Origin: Acanthaster planci | Taxonomy: Eukaryota | DNA: 39,224 nt | NCBI RefSeq assembly: GCF_001949145.1 | Contig: NW_019091355.1 | Span: 1,452,135-1,491,358, forward strand | Direction: 5' to 3' | Shown here: piece by piece, positions 1 through 13,775 of the stretch | Numbering within the stretch: the stretch's first letter is position 1 | How the letters are laid out: every line of letters starts with the position of its first letter | The notes under the pieces: model-generated | What the model was told of the DNA's origin: nothing | Databases searched by the model: none | What the model saw: the letters and a program-made list of their open reading frames with translations, nothing else | Translations under genes and position numbers: made by a program

Positions 1-3000
1 CACGATTCGTTGACAGCTTCACCTTTGACAAACTACAGTGTCGATCAGAATCGGTTACGCTGGAATCGTCGATTAGGGCGTGAATTTTTTTCAAGTTGAA
101 AGTTTTAGAAGCTGTGTTTTGTACCGGAATATTTTGTAGTTGATTTCTCAACAATCAGTCACGAATCATTCCCACGTAGTTGTTCATGAAGTCAAGTCAC
201 GAAAAACCTACTCGTGGACAAGTTAAAGGAAATTTGGATTCATTTCTGAGTAAAACTTGCTCTCAATTTTTAACCATGTGATATTTCCTATTAGTCACTT
301 TAAAAGTATGATAATTCACTATTACAAAATTTATTAGAATTGGGCGAACAATAAGCACACTTTTTTACAAGCCAGATAATTGACTCTTAGGAACTAAGAA
401 CTTAGTTGGGACATTTCGATTTGTGTAGTTTCAGTAATTTGAATTTCCCCACCTATGAAACCAGAAAATTCACAACAGACCGCACTGCGGTCAGCGAAGA
501 GGAAATTTCTGGCTTGATATTCCCGTTAAAGTGACAGAAAACTAAACGAACCTGCGGGAGTTTCGGCTCCATCACAGGTAAAAAAAGTTAGATTGTGACA
601 CATAGACACTAGAAACTTAATACTGAAGGGAACATGACTAAAACAGCAAATTAGCTGCTCATTTCAAAATAACTGTACGCACACGTGGATGTGGTAAAGG
701 ATACATCTTCTTTTCACGTAAAGGAGAGCAGTAAAGCAGATTTTTTTATATAGGCCCATATTTCTTTATCCCGTCATGAAATTTTGAATCGCCATTACAT
801 TTTACTGAGATTGAGCTGAATACGAACTTCGGTTTCCAAAAGCTCCTTTTCTCTTGGCCATTTTGTCCTACTGTCTCTTTTTATCGATTCAACGAGTGGA
901 CAGATTATCAGTTTTGATCACGATTTCAAAGGCACTTCACAAACACCCGTGTCGAATCGGGATCGTGATGACTATGAGGCTTTGGGGATTATGTCTGGGT
1001 GCTAAAATAGTCTTTGGATAGGCGTAAATCGGCAGCAACTTTGCTCCCGGGCAAGACCTTGGGTGACTCGCTTCCACAGGCCGAAGCATATCCCAAGACA
1101 TTTTGTCGCCAATTTGAGTTGGACAAGCCTCGAAAAATCACACCACTGTGTTCAGCTACATGATGTTTTTTGCGTCTGTGTGTAGCACAGGTGTAGGACA
1201 ATTGACGCGTCTCATGAGAGGTCGACTGCTTGACCTCTGCACCCAGTGACGAGCCTCGCGCAAAAGATAACCTCGGGTTCTCTTCTGCAAACACACAGTG
1301 AGGCTGCGTTACAATGTTGTCATTTTTTCTGTTGAAATTGCAAAGATGATAAAGATAAATCGGTAAGTGGTTTGCCGCGTGATGGTGCTATTCTAGAAGG
1401 ATACAAATCGATACATGTAGCAACCTTTAATTAAAAGCTCTCAGTTTTGCTTCCCATGGTTATACAAGACAGAGATTTTGGATGTATCCCTTGTTTGTAA
1501 CAAGGGATACAAGGAACAAAGTTGTACCTCGAACTGGTAAACGAGACAGAGCAACCATGATAGCTGAAAGGACCTTTAAATGAGGGCGCTCTTGCCTCCT
1601 ATTCGAATCTTTATTCGTAGATGTTAAACAGCACGCGTGCAGATGTAAAGTGTGCTCCCACGGCATCATTTCCTATTTTCGGGACTGTGAAACTATTGTG
1701 ATGAAAAACTTTTGCTTAAAATGGACGACAAATGCTTCCAATTTGAAACTAACAAATCAAATTTAAGCTCATATGACCATCTTCTCATTCCTGTTCACTT
1801 TTTTGTTGGTTCTCCGATGACTTCGGAAGGATAGTTTCCTCCAAATGGGAGGTACCCTGTTAGTAATAATCTTGAAATGAAATTAGGAAGAATGAATTCA
1901 CTGCATACAGCACGAGACTTGAGCGAAGAGAAACGATCCTGGTTGTTAATAAATCGATATGGCTGTTCGAAGCTGCGCAGCCTCTGCATGCTCTTCATGC
2001 GTTTGCTGGAAGCCCGACACCGCCAGAGAGCACCATTCGAGTGTCATTGTTCACATGAAGATGTCGGGCACCACGGATTGAAACATGGCATGACGGTGTT
2101 TTGTGAAGGAATTCCTCCCGATAGGTAAACCCCGCCGTTCACCTCACGATAAGGTCCCCTATTTGACACGCGCCCTTTCAAACCGAAGTTTGCTGAGCAA
2201 ACAGACTTTGATACACGCGAAACTGAGTGAGGGTAGGAAAGCTTACCGTGGAAGTCGATTATGTGGTATAGTTCTCTTTTAAATTTCAATTTCAGACAAA
2301 CATCAGGATGTCTACTTGTAACCAGAAGGCGAAAAATAAACTGATCGAACGCTTACCAGATTAACTTGATATTTTTTAGCAAAATGCATTTTATACTCCG
2401 TTCTACACAGTACCTTTTAAAAGAGCAAACTTATCAACCAAATCCGACCAAGTAAAACGAGCAATCCTTTTTCTGGCTTCAACTGAACGGCTCTGTACGG
2501 CAAATGTTTTGTCACAAACCTGTTAAAAAGTAGGTAGACCTAATTTGTTTGAGGGTTGCTAGGAATGGAAACCAAGTACAGTCAAGAAGCGTCATATACT
2601 ACATAACCGCAATAACATTTTACTGCTCCAAGAGATCATCACTCAAAATTACTTCAAAGGAGAATGAGCAATATACTTCACTGTTTATTAGCAACTACTC
2701 AGTAGCGGTACTACAAATATAAATGCCATAATTTTAAAACCAAGCACATGTAATTAAGCCCTGAATTATTACGGACACTCCACAAGTGAAAATTTAACAC
2801 CAACATTTCTAACTACCCAATAGAGAGATTGTCTCTTAGGGCGGTCGGTGTGAAGACCACTTCTTAGTTCTAATACCTTGTTCAACACATTGGAACACTT
2901 GTCTGCTACATAATGTTATAGATTAATGTGAGCACAGACACACCGTCACTGCAGAGGCACTGCACTCACACGCGCACATCTATCAGCTTGACGCGCGCGT

Positions 3001-3600
3001 GCACGACACCCTATTGGTCAAACAGGCATGTAACGCGCTTGTACCACCTGTGCCCCCGCAATGGCTTCTAAATCTGCTTGTTGGTTTACACGATAAATGA
3101 ACCACCTCATCCTAGTGGACAATTGCGGACTTTTGCTTAAAATAAAGCAAAGAATAAAAACACTACAGATCTAATTATTATTGTATCTGACAAAAACGAA
3201 TAATTCAGTAAGATATCATTGCTGTTTAAAAACCCTAATTGAACTATAGCACCACAGACACCGATCATGACTTTCACTGCGAGTCAGTAGTCATAAATGA
3301 AGTAATTTATACAGTTTTTAAATGCTAACCTCTTTTTCTTAAGGGAGGCATGGCTATGATCATACCCTTCCCTTGTCTATGTTGCCTGCGTTTTCAGAGG
3401 GTAGACTGCTCATTCATCTGTTCAGGTTAATTAAGACATTCATAATGCGCAACATATCCACCCAAAGATGCCGAAGGCCGAATCATCCCAAATACCCTTT
3501 CAGCGCCCTAGAGGTTTACAGCTCGAGGGCGCAAGTTCAGCGAAAAGCAGTTTAGTGATTTGATTTCTATTATGAATCATCGACGACCATCTTTGCCCTC

Positions 3601-3860
3601 TCGGGTACCCTATTACTCCGTCTTGGAGAGAAAGAGTGAAAGAAGTGTCTTGCCTCAAGGGCACGCTCACACGGTTCAACGCTTGTGACCATGGGAATTA
3701 ACAACAGCACCACAGTGACGCTCATCGGGACAATCGGGGCGGTATGCTCGCCCGGCAAACCTCGACACTTCGCAGCAGCAGTCCAGTCACGGTGCACGGC
3801 CCTCAAAGAACCCCGGCCGGGTTCTCGAAATTATAGAATGCGCGGAGCACGAACCGTGAG
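3601..3860 (-). mobile_element. Degenerate tRNA-derived CORE-type SINE remnant
   Basis: Plus strand reads gggtaccc...ggagag...gtgaaagaagtgtcttgcctcaagggcac (3601-3664), resembling the reverse of the CORE-SINE consensus (aagtgtcttgcccaagg), then ccccggccgggttctcgaa (~3810-3828) and gcacgaaccgtgag (~3847-3860), resembling reversed B and A box regions. Recognised from memory of consensus only; ~140 bp between the blocks is unexplained. Confidence 0.4.
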
Positions 3861-4897
3861 TAATGCACGATACGAGTATCAATTGTCGTTGGGGTTGGTA
3901 AAGGTCACAAGAAGACACTCTCAATTATACTTGCATGATGACTTCTACTATAGGGAAAGTTATAAGTAGCATAGCATAAATTTATGAATAAAACATTTAT
4001 CATAGTTGATGCTATTTGTAAACAGATTGCCAAGGTTTGCGGTCTGCTCGTCAGTTATCACTTGTGTTACTTCTCAACTTTGGGTTCTAACTCAAACATT
4101 ATCATTTATAGCGCAACTAGGCCTCAGCACTTACTATCATTTTCAACTTCTGGTAGATAAAGCACTTGTCTATTGGCTTTGATGCTAATATAAAAACCAG
4201 CTATAAACCTACCCAAATTCAGTTGATCCAGTTGCGAAGATTGGTTGAGAGTTACGAAGCTTGAAGGTGTCACCTGTTAACAAATGTTTGGCGGCGTTGT
4301 CCTATTGTGTGATACGGAAATGTGTTTTATTGACTAGATAAGATATTGTTTTTGGATTCAACATATTTTCCTTCAGTGTCGCAGCTGCTTCAACAAAAGA
4401 GGTCGACGTCGAAGTAATTCCTGAAAAACAGAGCATTCTGTGTTAACTTACCGTAGATTTATCCGACCTAAGTATCGTTGCGAGATCTCGGCAGTCGAAT
4501 TAACAGTATAGTAGTGGAGCTATAATTATGCGACCAGAGAGAATTGTATAATATTATGCCAATTTACTGCAAAATGTAAAACAACACAGCTACTTTAGCA
4601 GTTCAAAGAAAGAGTTACTTGATACAATACCGGTAGCCCGTCCCTTGCCCTGTCCGCAAAGTCTGCGCAAAATAAACTAAGCAGGCTTCCGATAATGCCA
4701 AACGTTGTAATGACAGAAAGGTTGCCTTAAAAATAATATAGCGCCTTATTTAAGTAAAATAGTACAAACAATTTTATAAAATAAAGAAATTTCTTATTTG
4801 AAAGAAAAGCAATTGCTTCATAAGATCAGTTGTGAGCGGGACCTCAACATAGCGCATTGCAAGCCACTGTAGCAGTAGTCCAGGGACATATTCATCT

Positions 4898-7800
4898 TTA
4901 AGTCATTTCCCGGGTTTCCTTGTTGGAAGACTGCTTCACTTTTTTATCGTTGGGCTTGAAGTGCTTGAAAGCAACTACCCCACCAGCAATCAGCAACAGC
5001 GCCACGGCGATGCTACCGACGACAATCAACGCGATCTGCCAGCCCAGCAAGCCGTCTGCCAGCGCCTCGGGGATCCGCTCCCTGAGCGCGGCCTGTACGA
5101 CGTTGGAAAACCCGGATGGGTTTCCGGCGTCGTCGAAAGCGCGCAGCACGAACGCATACGAGGCCACGGTGGCGCCCTCCGGTACCGGCACGAGGACCAC
5201 TAACTCCTCTTCGTTGCCGAACTCCTGAGGCGTAGAGAGGCTCCCCTGGAGGATGTGGCTGGAGTTGAGGATCAGATGGGCAGCCGGAGTCGAGTCGTTC
5301 TGCCAGGCTTGGATAGACCCAGCACGGATGACTTCATACCGGGAGGCTACAACAAAATTAATATTCTTAACTTTAACTTGTGTAATATATTCCAAACTTA
5401 TTCTGGTCCTGGCTTCATTATATTCCAGTGACTGTCCCTTTGAGACAGCATTACAAAAAGCGCTGTAGACAGTGTTAAGTTTTAAGATAATAATTAAACC
5501 AACTCTTATGGAAAGTTTGAATTCAATTCCACTTAAAAAGTCGATTTCTCACTTTTTAGGATCGCAGATTTATATCATAATGATGAGATTCTGAGGTGTG
5601 TGAAGTTTCAGATGAGGACTCTATTTACCTGCCCCGTTGTCGAGATCATCACCGGGAGCCGTCCAAGCCAACGTCACCGTCTTCTTCTGAAACGAGGAGT
5701 CAGTGGCTCTGAGGTCCAAGACGTCCCCTGGTGGGAACAGGTCGTCCCCGGGTGAGAAGCCTGGAGGTACTTCGTCTACTCGGCTGGACCCACCCGAGAT
5801 ACCGCGGCTGAATGCCGGGGCTGACCTGCCTCTTGGCTCCGCTGGAGGGGTACCAGGGGGCGGAATCTTGATACCACCTGCGATGACAGATAAATGGGAA
5901 ATGGCAAGATGAATGAATAAACTTGTAATTGATGGAATGAATGACAGACGCAGAACCCGACTTGCTAGCGTTTACAACTGATCCAACTACCAAACGTCGT
6001 TAAGAGGAGAGGTGTTCGCAGCAAAATGCCAACATTTGAAAGTGGAAGTAACATGTTGTGTGTGTGAAATAGCTCCTTCAGTAGTTAATCACGCTTAAGT
6101 GACGTATCAAAGCATCTTCCTCCTGAATAAAACAAAGTTGGGGGCTACAACTTTGGGCAGCAAATTAAAACGACAGCCTTTCGAAATGAATCTTTTCCAA
6201 CGGAAACACAAAAACTAAGAAAAAGTTACCCTTAGGCTCAGGATCCTCTCCCATGCCACTTTACGCTGTGCAAACCGGCCCACGAACTTACACAATCCCA
6301 CTGATGGTCTTGCGGGATGGATTAGCGTCCATGAATTAGCTCGGGTTTAATGATCGTCCCAACGTCTTCCTTGCTTGACACTGCTCACACGGCTATTCCC
6401 AGTTCAGTGTTGTACCGTGAGCCAAGACAACGCACCCTCTATAATGTATCACCGGCACGCTCTACTAGCAGAGGGTACGAGGATAGTATTTCTGGTGCTT
6501 TTTAGATGGAGGCTGCCATGTATAGGCTTTTGAAAAGCATGGGGGAAAGGAGTTGCAACTAACCTGCGGCGCTCTCTCATTTGCGATAGACAGTTCTTGC
6601 AATGTGGTAATACTCGCAGGAACTTACCGATCTCCGGCAGATCATAAACCTTGTCCGGGCTCACAATCGGTCGGGCCTTTGAGAAGGGATTGGACTCGAT
6701 AATAATGGCGTCTCCGCCGTTATTGTCCACGTTGATGCGAATACCATAATAGCCGATACCGGTGAACTCCGTGAAATACCTGGAGTATACACCGTCATTC
6801 TTTGTGATGTCCGCACCTTGTGAGAAAAAAAACGCGACTCAGAAGTCCAAATAACCTCATTGAAGTGGGAACGCCTATTAGTGACTGTTCGAGACGGCGA
6901 GCGCCCTCAAACGCAACGCCTGTATACGATATGCGTAAATATTTGAATTTGAGAGCCGAAAGTACCTCGGATGTGAGGGATGTGTCCAGGCTAAGCCAAA
7001 TCTCCCTAACTGCTTTTATCAAAGGTACAACATCTGCTAGGATCTTCATGTTAAGTAGAAGAATCAATGATACCTGCACCATTGTCAAGTAGCTGAACGG
7101 TAACCGGATCATATCCTCCCGGTCTTTCGATAGTTGCCGTCACGTTGGCGTAAATCATGGGGCTGAAGCCCTGACGGACCTCTGCGTAGGCCACCAGCGG
7201 CTCGCCCTTTTCAAAAGCCGTGATGGAGCCGCTCAACTCTGACGTCACGACAATGGGCTCCACGTTGTCACTTGCCGGGTATGACGACACAGCAATGGCG
7301 ACATCCTGTTTTCCATTCCGTCTGTTGCGCACTGTGAATATCCACGCACCCTCCTGGAGGTGAAAGAAGTTTCGATACGAAAACTTCATATTATCGCACA
7401 GCGAAGAAATCTTTAGAAACAGGAATTTCAGACAATTCAGAAAATACTACAGGCTATCGCTATAACTCACTCCCTTGAAGTACCCGAGTGGTTCCAAACA
7501 GTTCACAGTTCTCCAACGAGTTGCCTCCGTTGTGAAATTTGTAGAACTTTGTTTAACGATGGTGAGCCTCCAAAAATCACTCACTTTCTGATTAATGTTA
7601 TTAAGTAATGATCGGGAAATTGCCGTCTGCTGCTCGTTTACAATCAATTTTAATTAGTTTTAACTTTTAACACCCGCCAAAGTATAACAGTATTTGCCGG
7701 TATGTCAGTGACCTATCAGAGGTCAAGGGTCAAGTTACTTTGATATACCCACTTCTGCATGTCCTTGGATTCTCACAATGATTGTTTTGAAGGATGCATC

Positions 7801-10800
7801 CTCACCGAAGCCATCGTAAGAAGAGTCTAGGATTTCCCCGTTCGGCCTCATAATGGTCACCTCAATAGCTGAAAGGAAATGGGTGTGAAATAGGAATCTT
7901 CCTAGTGTAAATGAAGGTCTGTGCTCCAAGCAACCCCTGATGTACATGCCTCATAATGGTCACCTCAATAGCTGAAAGGAGATGGGTGTGAAATAGGAAT
8001 CTTCCTAGTGTAAATGAAGGTCTGTGCTCCAAGCAACCCCTGATGTACATGCATGCAAATGTACACCCACGCATGCGTTGTAACCAGTTGGGAACTTTGG
8101 AGAGAAATTGGACCAAGGCTCTTGACTGGTAAAGATGTACAAACCAAAAGCGCCAACAAAAGTGTACACACGCACCTACAACTGCACGGAAAGAATTCTT
8201 TTGCGCATAAAAAAAAACTAACAGAGCAATCGTTTCAGAAAATAAATCTTAGTCTTGGCCCTTCCCCCCAATTAACCTGAATACCCCACTCTTGAGGGAA
8301 GAACTCACCTGGATTATCCACCTTGCTCCAAGAAAAGGTGAACGCTGTTCCGTTGCCAAGGGTGCTGTCCATAAAAACACCACCCCTTCGCTCTTCGTTT
8401 TTCTTGAGAGACCACGAGGTACCCAACAGCTTGAACAAAAAACAGAGTCATCATCGTTACTTCCTTGCGACTGAGACATCGGCGATAATGTGGTAGGAAG
8501 TTGTAAAATAATCATGAAGCAAGTTTGAGGGCGCTGTGAAAATTTAACACAATCTAGAAACATTAATGTTTTTTTAATTTAAATATCAGAATGAGTGTCT
8601 TGTCAAGCAGCCATTGGCATTTCACATTATTCGACCATTATGGTACATCGTCGAACGCAGTCTCACCAATGATACAATGCGTGACATTGTATGTGCATTT
8701 GAGATGAAACAAAAACAAAAAGACTGTTTCGTTTCTGTGCACGAGGTACCTGTACACGTTTGTCAGTATCTCTAACATCTCCTCTTTCCATGATTGCTGC
8801 AAATGCCTCATACAGGGTGTTGGAACCAGGCTCATTCGAGTAGAAGAATGTTTTACCACCTAAAAATGTAGAGCAAACAGTTATTCCTCACTTAATGACA
8901 TGTTATCCAAACTGTCCTTGTTCTCCAATTGGGGTCAACGAAAAATTGGTTAAAATAAGTAGCCCCTGAGATACCTACCAGTTGCCTTGGAGATACTTGG
9001 TAGCAAAGCTGAGGCCTCCTGGGCAAAGGCTAACGTGTCGACTATTACACCGGAGGCTACAACCTCATCCATGACGTCAGCAACATAAGGTAAATTGTAA
9101 GGGTTTTCTCCATTATTGCCGTGTTTTTCCTCCCCGTCACTGACTAGCATAATGATGCCTCCCTTTGGGCTTTCTTCATTGGCTGACAAAACCTGAGACG
9201 CGTAGAAAAGAAAAAACAAACTGTCTTGTGGCGGGCAAATAGTCTAGTGCCCAGAATCAGAGGTGGTGATATGGGTTGTATAAGCTGAAACTAATGGGCA
9301 GATTTAATGCCACTGCTAAATACCCAACCATATTTCCATAAGGTAAATAATATATGAGGGCTTGTCATCTTCCATGAATTCGCTGGGAAGATTGTTATTC
9401 TTCCGTTTGCCAATGATACCATTGACTTTCTCTCCAGATACTGTTAAAATTACTTCTTGTGCGATTGAATGTTATGCACATCCACTTTTGAAATTTCTAT
9501 GTACCATGTTTTCTTAACTATCCAAGCATTTTCCGAAAAAGTGTGGAATAAATGTCCCTTTTTGAACTGAGTTGAATTGGGTTGGTAACAACTTGCACAG
9601 GCCATGCACCTGCAGGTAAGTATTACACATGAACACTAAGGTGTTGTCACCTCATGCCTTTGCACAGGTCTTGCACATGCAGGTACGTATTACATATGAA
9701 AACTAGGGCGTTGTCACCTCTTAACTCAACATTGCTTCTCATAACTTTTGCATTAATCCGTAAAGCAAAGTGCTGAGGAAAACGTTCATTTTGCGTAGAG
9801 GCTTTGGCTGTGTTCTTCATGCAAGACCGGATCCCTTAAGGATTAAGCCAGGGAAAATGCGGCGCTACCATTACCAGCTGGAAAAAGGATTTCGAAGAAT
9901 TATAAAACAAATCAACGTGGCTCAGCGGGCAGATGTTTATCTCTGGTTTGAGCGCAATGAGAAGGAATGTTTCTTTCATCCTGTGAATGGTTTTGCCAGT
10001 CAAATTCAGGTTACTCGAGCTAATGCCAGTATCCGCTTACACTTCACGGAGCAGAGACAGACAAGTTTGGGTAAAGTTACTTTCCCAAGGACAAAACATA
10101 ATAGCTAGCAGCTTGATCCCGGCCTTGACTCTCTCATTACGTGCTGCAAACGCTGATTACTTGTTGCAGTTCGTCAATGTGAGTTACTTTGTTAATACAA
10201 AGAAATCCGAAGCATGAGACAAAACTCGTGAAGACGCAGAGTGGATTTAGAGTATGTGGAGGAAAAGTGGAAAAATTTAAGTTTTCCAGTTTTAGGACTT
10301 AACAAATGTTGAAAACTGGAATGGGATCCAAAGAGTTTGCCTCACAGCCCACCTCAATGGCTTTTAGAAGCCCGTCTCCTATGGCTGTCCATCCATCAGC
10401 TTCTGATGGTAAAGCATCCAGGAGCGTCAAGCGATCTGCAGCTCCATTGACGGCCACTAGGTTTTTCAGGATCTTCCCAAATGTGTTGAACTCCACGATA
10501 CCAACCCGGCTACCATCAAGCACGATGGACGACAGAAAGTTGTAAGATGAACTGATCATCTTCACAAACTTTTCGTTATCCTAAGGGAAAATGAAGTAGT
10601 CTGATGTAAGACTCTCTATGCACGAGCCGAAGACATGTAAATGCACAGACAGCCCTCGCGGACTTCACGATTAAGACGTAACTCAGTCCTGCATCGCACT
10701 GTACATTACCCAAAATGAACATGCTCCAAGAAACCTTCTCAGTGAAAGTGGGCACTCATGGTTATTCAAAATCCCCATCAAAAATCCACCAATGTATTGC

Positions 10801-13775
10801 TTTACTTTAACAAAAACTAGAACCATGGTACTGCATAGAAAGCTGGGCTTAGCCCAATGCCTTCCGGCATTGGTGACATCTTACATTCATGCTGCCTGAC
10901 GTGTCCAACAGAAGCACGACTCGTATTTCCCTGTGTTGAACCAACCTAAAGGTTGGTATCAGATCCTTGTCGCTGATTTCTCGTGGAGGATTCTTTCCCC
11001 CTTTTAAGAAATGAAAAAATATATATTTTCTCTCCTGAGCAATTACATGTCAAGACCTCGCAAGTTCCACCATAAATGCTGCATCTAACATCAGGCCTAA
11101 CAAGCTTTATACGACGTGTAGATAGACGACTATACTTTACATAATTTCAAACGCTACCAAAGCTCTGAAAACGTGTTGGTTGTGGAGCGCTATGGCAATA
11201 TTATGCCTGGGCACTGTTACCTATCTACCTGTGCATTTTATGTGCATATTTCAAGGATGACACGTGTATTGGACACTCCAACGTTGACCGTTCTCTTACT
11301 CTGCAAGCAAACGACATACCGAGGTTGTGCTTTGACGGGACAGAACACAGGCCGTATGTCATTGAAGTGGCTGCGACCTGGAGTGGAGGGGCCTTCAATG
11401 CGCCTTATTTTCAGCCACAGAATCAACCATCGGACGCACCCCTACCTTCGAAATCTTCGTGACCTCGCATGACCTCCCAGTTGCTCTTCCGGAAGCACAG
11501 CCGGTTGTGTTTGTTGGGTGCCTCTTGGTTGTGCAACATGTTTGACTGTTCTGTGTCATCGCAGAAATTGGTGATCTGTTAGATGAAGGAGATTGGAAGG
11601 ACAAGTTGTGTCCAAATTGGCTTATTTTATCCAAATCTCCTAAACATCCTTCATGCAGTTGATAGAATTCCACGACTTTTCCCCATGGAGGATACCAATC
11701 ACAAACAAATATCAAAAGTTTGGTACGTAATAGCATTTTTTCAATCACACAGTGGCAGATTTAGGTTTTTAGGTTTGTCATCATGACGAACCAAAACCTC
11801 AGAGATATCTTTCTTCAGTTGTCTGTGCTTGCACTTGTTTTCATGTGGGACAACTTTGGTAGGACTTCTGTTAAAGTCATGTTACTGAAATGTAAATTGA
11901 TCTTACGGAGGCATAAACATTAATATGAGAATAACGCTTCTGTTTCTCCAAAAAGGTGAACCTCACCGGTTCAAGTGGGTACGTGCCGAACATGATGGAA
12001 GCTGTGACGTCACTCTGGTCCTGTAATATGAAGAACACGCAGTTATCCTCGTAACCAACAAACGGATCACCGGCACAGTCACGATAGGAAAAGCTTTCCG
12101 GAAGAAAGATCAGCGGCCGGCCATTGTAGTTGTATGAACACCTGGGCGACAGACGGAAAGAGAGAATGAAAAGTACTTCAAACATAAATTACACAATGAC
12201 ACATTTAGGAAACGAAATACACAGTTATTGGAATGTCTCTATGGATTTTGTCTACGGATAATGATACCAGAAGATCTAAGAGTATTTGCCAACTTTCACA
12301 CCGTTGAAAATTCTACGATGTGGTAATTAAGAGTAAACATTAATCAACAAACAAAATCGACACTTTACCCCTCCATATTATGACGTCATGTTACGCAACG
12401 TGGAGAAAGTATTGAAACTGTTTACACCTTTTCAAGTGAAAGAGCTGTCATGCAAAATGGCTTTTACAGGGACATACCTCACTCCTTCGAATCTTTGAGT
12501 GAGGGGAGAGTAGTAGAACTCCTGGTAATAATCGGGATCTCCCACGGGATCTGGATACTCGTCAAATAACCCCCAACGAAGATGCGCCCACTCGTGGACA
12601 AGCATACGCCCTGATCATGAACAGAAAGGGTCATTATTGGTAATTTTCAACCTCGTTACGAAAGGTGTCCGTTAACTTGTATTAAAGTAGGAGTTAGGCT
12701 GGGTACGAATGTTCAGCCTGCGGCTTATTATACATGTAAGCTGCGTGATCTCTGCATAGCGGCTGCAGCCATTTCCCGAAGTCGCAACCTATGGTTTCAG
12801 GCACAGCTTTTAAGTCACTAACCGAGTGGTCCGTAGTAAAGCTCCGTGTCCTGATTGGTCAGGAAGGCGTCCAGGAAGTGGATGTGAACACCCTGTTTGC
12901 CGCAACCCTCGTACTGCTTGGTGTACTGCAGCGGGGCCCAGCGAGGATTGGGCGGCGCTACGATGACGTCGGCATTGTCGAAGGTGACCCCACCCGGAAG
13001 GTCATACTCCGGTTTCCTGGCCCATGTCTTCGGTATGAGGATTGTGACGTTTCTGAAGTAGGCCCGTTTCTTTGTAGCTGTGTACAGGTACTTTGAAGCC
13101 TCCTTGAACATGTACTGATTGGAAAAAAAACATCGGGCCCAAAACCCTTTGACAATGACCTACACCCTTTACGAGCCTCGGTATCACCCCATAAACCTGC
13201 AAAGGGCTGCAAGAGATGATTCCTCTCGTAAAATTTCAAACTAGTCTGGTAAAAAGTTGATGAAAATCACACACGTCTGTAGGCCCTATGCGTGTTGTAT
13301 TTGTAAGAAGCGAATTTTTCAAATTTAGCTGTATTAGTCTCGCACTGATGTTAAATTCACTACTTTTATGGCCAGAGGGCGAGTTGATAACACAGTTAAC
13401 GGTTAAAAAATACATGTTTACTGCAGGCGGTTATTATGTCTCTCAGCCATTTGAGAAGGGGCGGAGAGCTTACTTTTGGTAAATATTGAAGTGTCAAGCG
13501 ATGAATACAATTCACCGAAATTAAATAGCTCCATTTTTGTTTACAGTGATAAACCTGAAAAGGGTTGCTTCGGATGAGGGCTATTTAATGCTTACCTGAA
13601 TTCTGTCAATCAACACCTGATCTTCGTCTACTCTGTTGTGAATTGCCACGGTGATGCCCGAGTAGCCATTGTCGATGAACTTGATGAATGAAGGTCGTGT
13701 CAAGGAGTCTGCGCCGTGGACGGCAGACAATATGATCAGCGACATCAACGTGGTCCACTTGATTGCGGTTGTCAT
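4898..13775 (-). CDS. CLCA: Calcium-activated chloride channel regulator (CLCA family), paralog A; complete, 15 coding exons, 993 aa, type I membrane protein
   Basis: Exons (minus strand, all GT-AG, phases consistent): 13775-13596, 13114-12823, 12610-12478, 12141-11967, 11575-11446, 11000-10885, 10580-10353, 9192-8979, 8859-8750, 8429-8309, 7868-7753, 7353-7074, 6816-6628, 5877-5629, 5346-4898; sum 2982 nt = 993 aa + TAA. Hallmarks: signal peptide MTTAIKWTTLMSLIILSAVHG; CLCA N-domain NGYSGITVAI and ASKYLYTATKKRAYFRNVTILIPKTW; zincin motif VHEWAHLRWGLFDEY; vWA MIDAS VVLLLDTSGSM; LLDNGAGADITKNDGVYSRYFT; FN3-like LAWTAPGDDLDNG; C-terminal TM helix WQIALIVVGSIAVALLLIAGGVVAF then a short basic tail. 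Orthology to a numbered vertebrate CLCA cannot be assigned. Confidence 0.95.
7845..8050. repeat. 103-bp tandem duplication spanning the intron 10/exon 11 junction of CLCA paralog A
   Basis: 7845-7947 and 7948-8050 are identical except one base (ggaAatggg vs ggaGatggg); each copy contains the minus-strand acceptor CCTTTCAG|CTATTGAGGTG and 24 nt of exon. Confidence 0.97.
9593..9720. repeat. Imperfect 67-bp-period tandem duplication in CLCA paralog A intron 7
   Basis: ttgcacaggccatgcacctgcaggtaagtattacacatgaacactaaggtgttgtcacctc (9593-9653) recurs as ttgcacaggtcttgcacatgcaggtacgtattacatatgaaaactagggcgttgtcacctc (9660-9720). Confidence 0.85.

Noticed and set aside
989..2289. Several short ORFs (989-1294, 1877-2128, 2044-2289) and scattered splice-like motifs
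   Set aside because: No recognisable domain and no consistent exon chain could be built; may be UTR, lncRNA or decayed repeat.
2940..3060. CpG-rich patch with reverse CCAAT (~3013) and a TGCACTC metal-response-like core
   Set aside because: Short motifs are expected by chance and no associated gene start is identifiable.
4920..5228. Plus-strand ORFs over CLCA and TRPC exons (also 10306-10545, 12791-13096, 18273-19172, 35357-35722)
   Set aside because: Antisense shadows of GC-rich coding exons.
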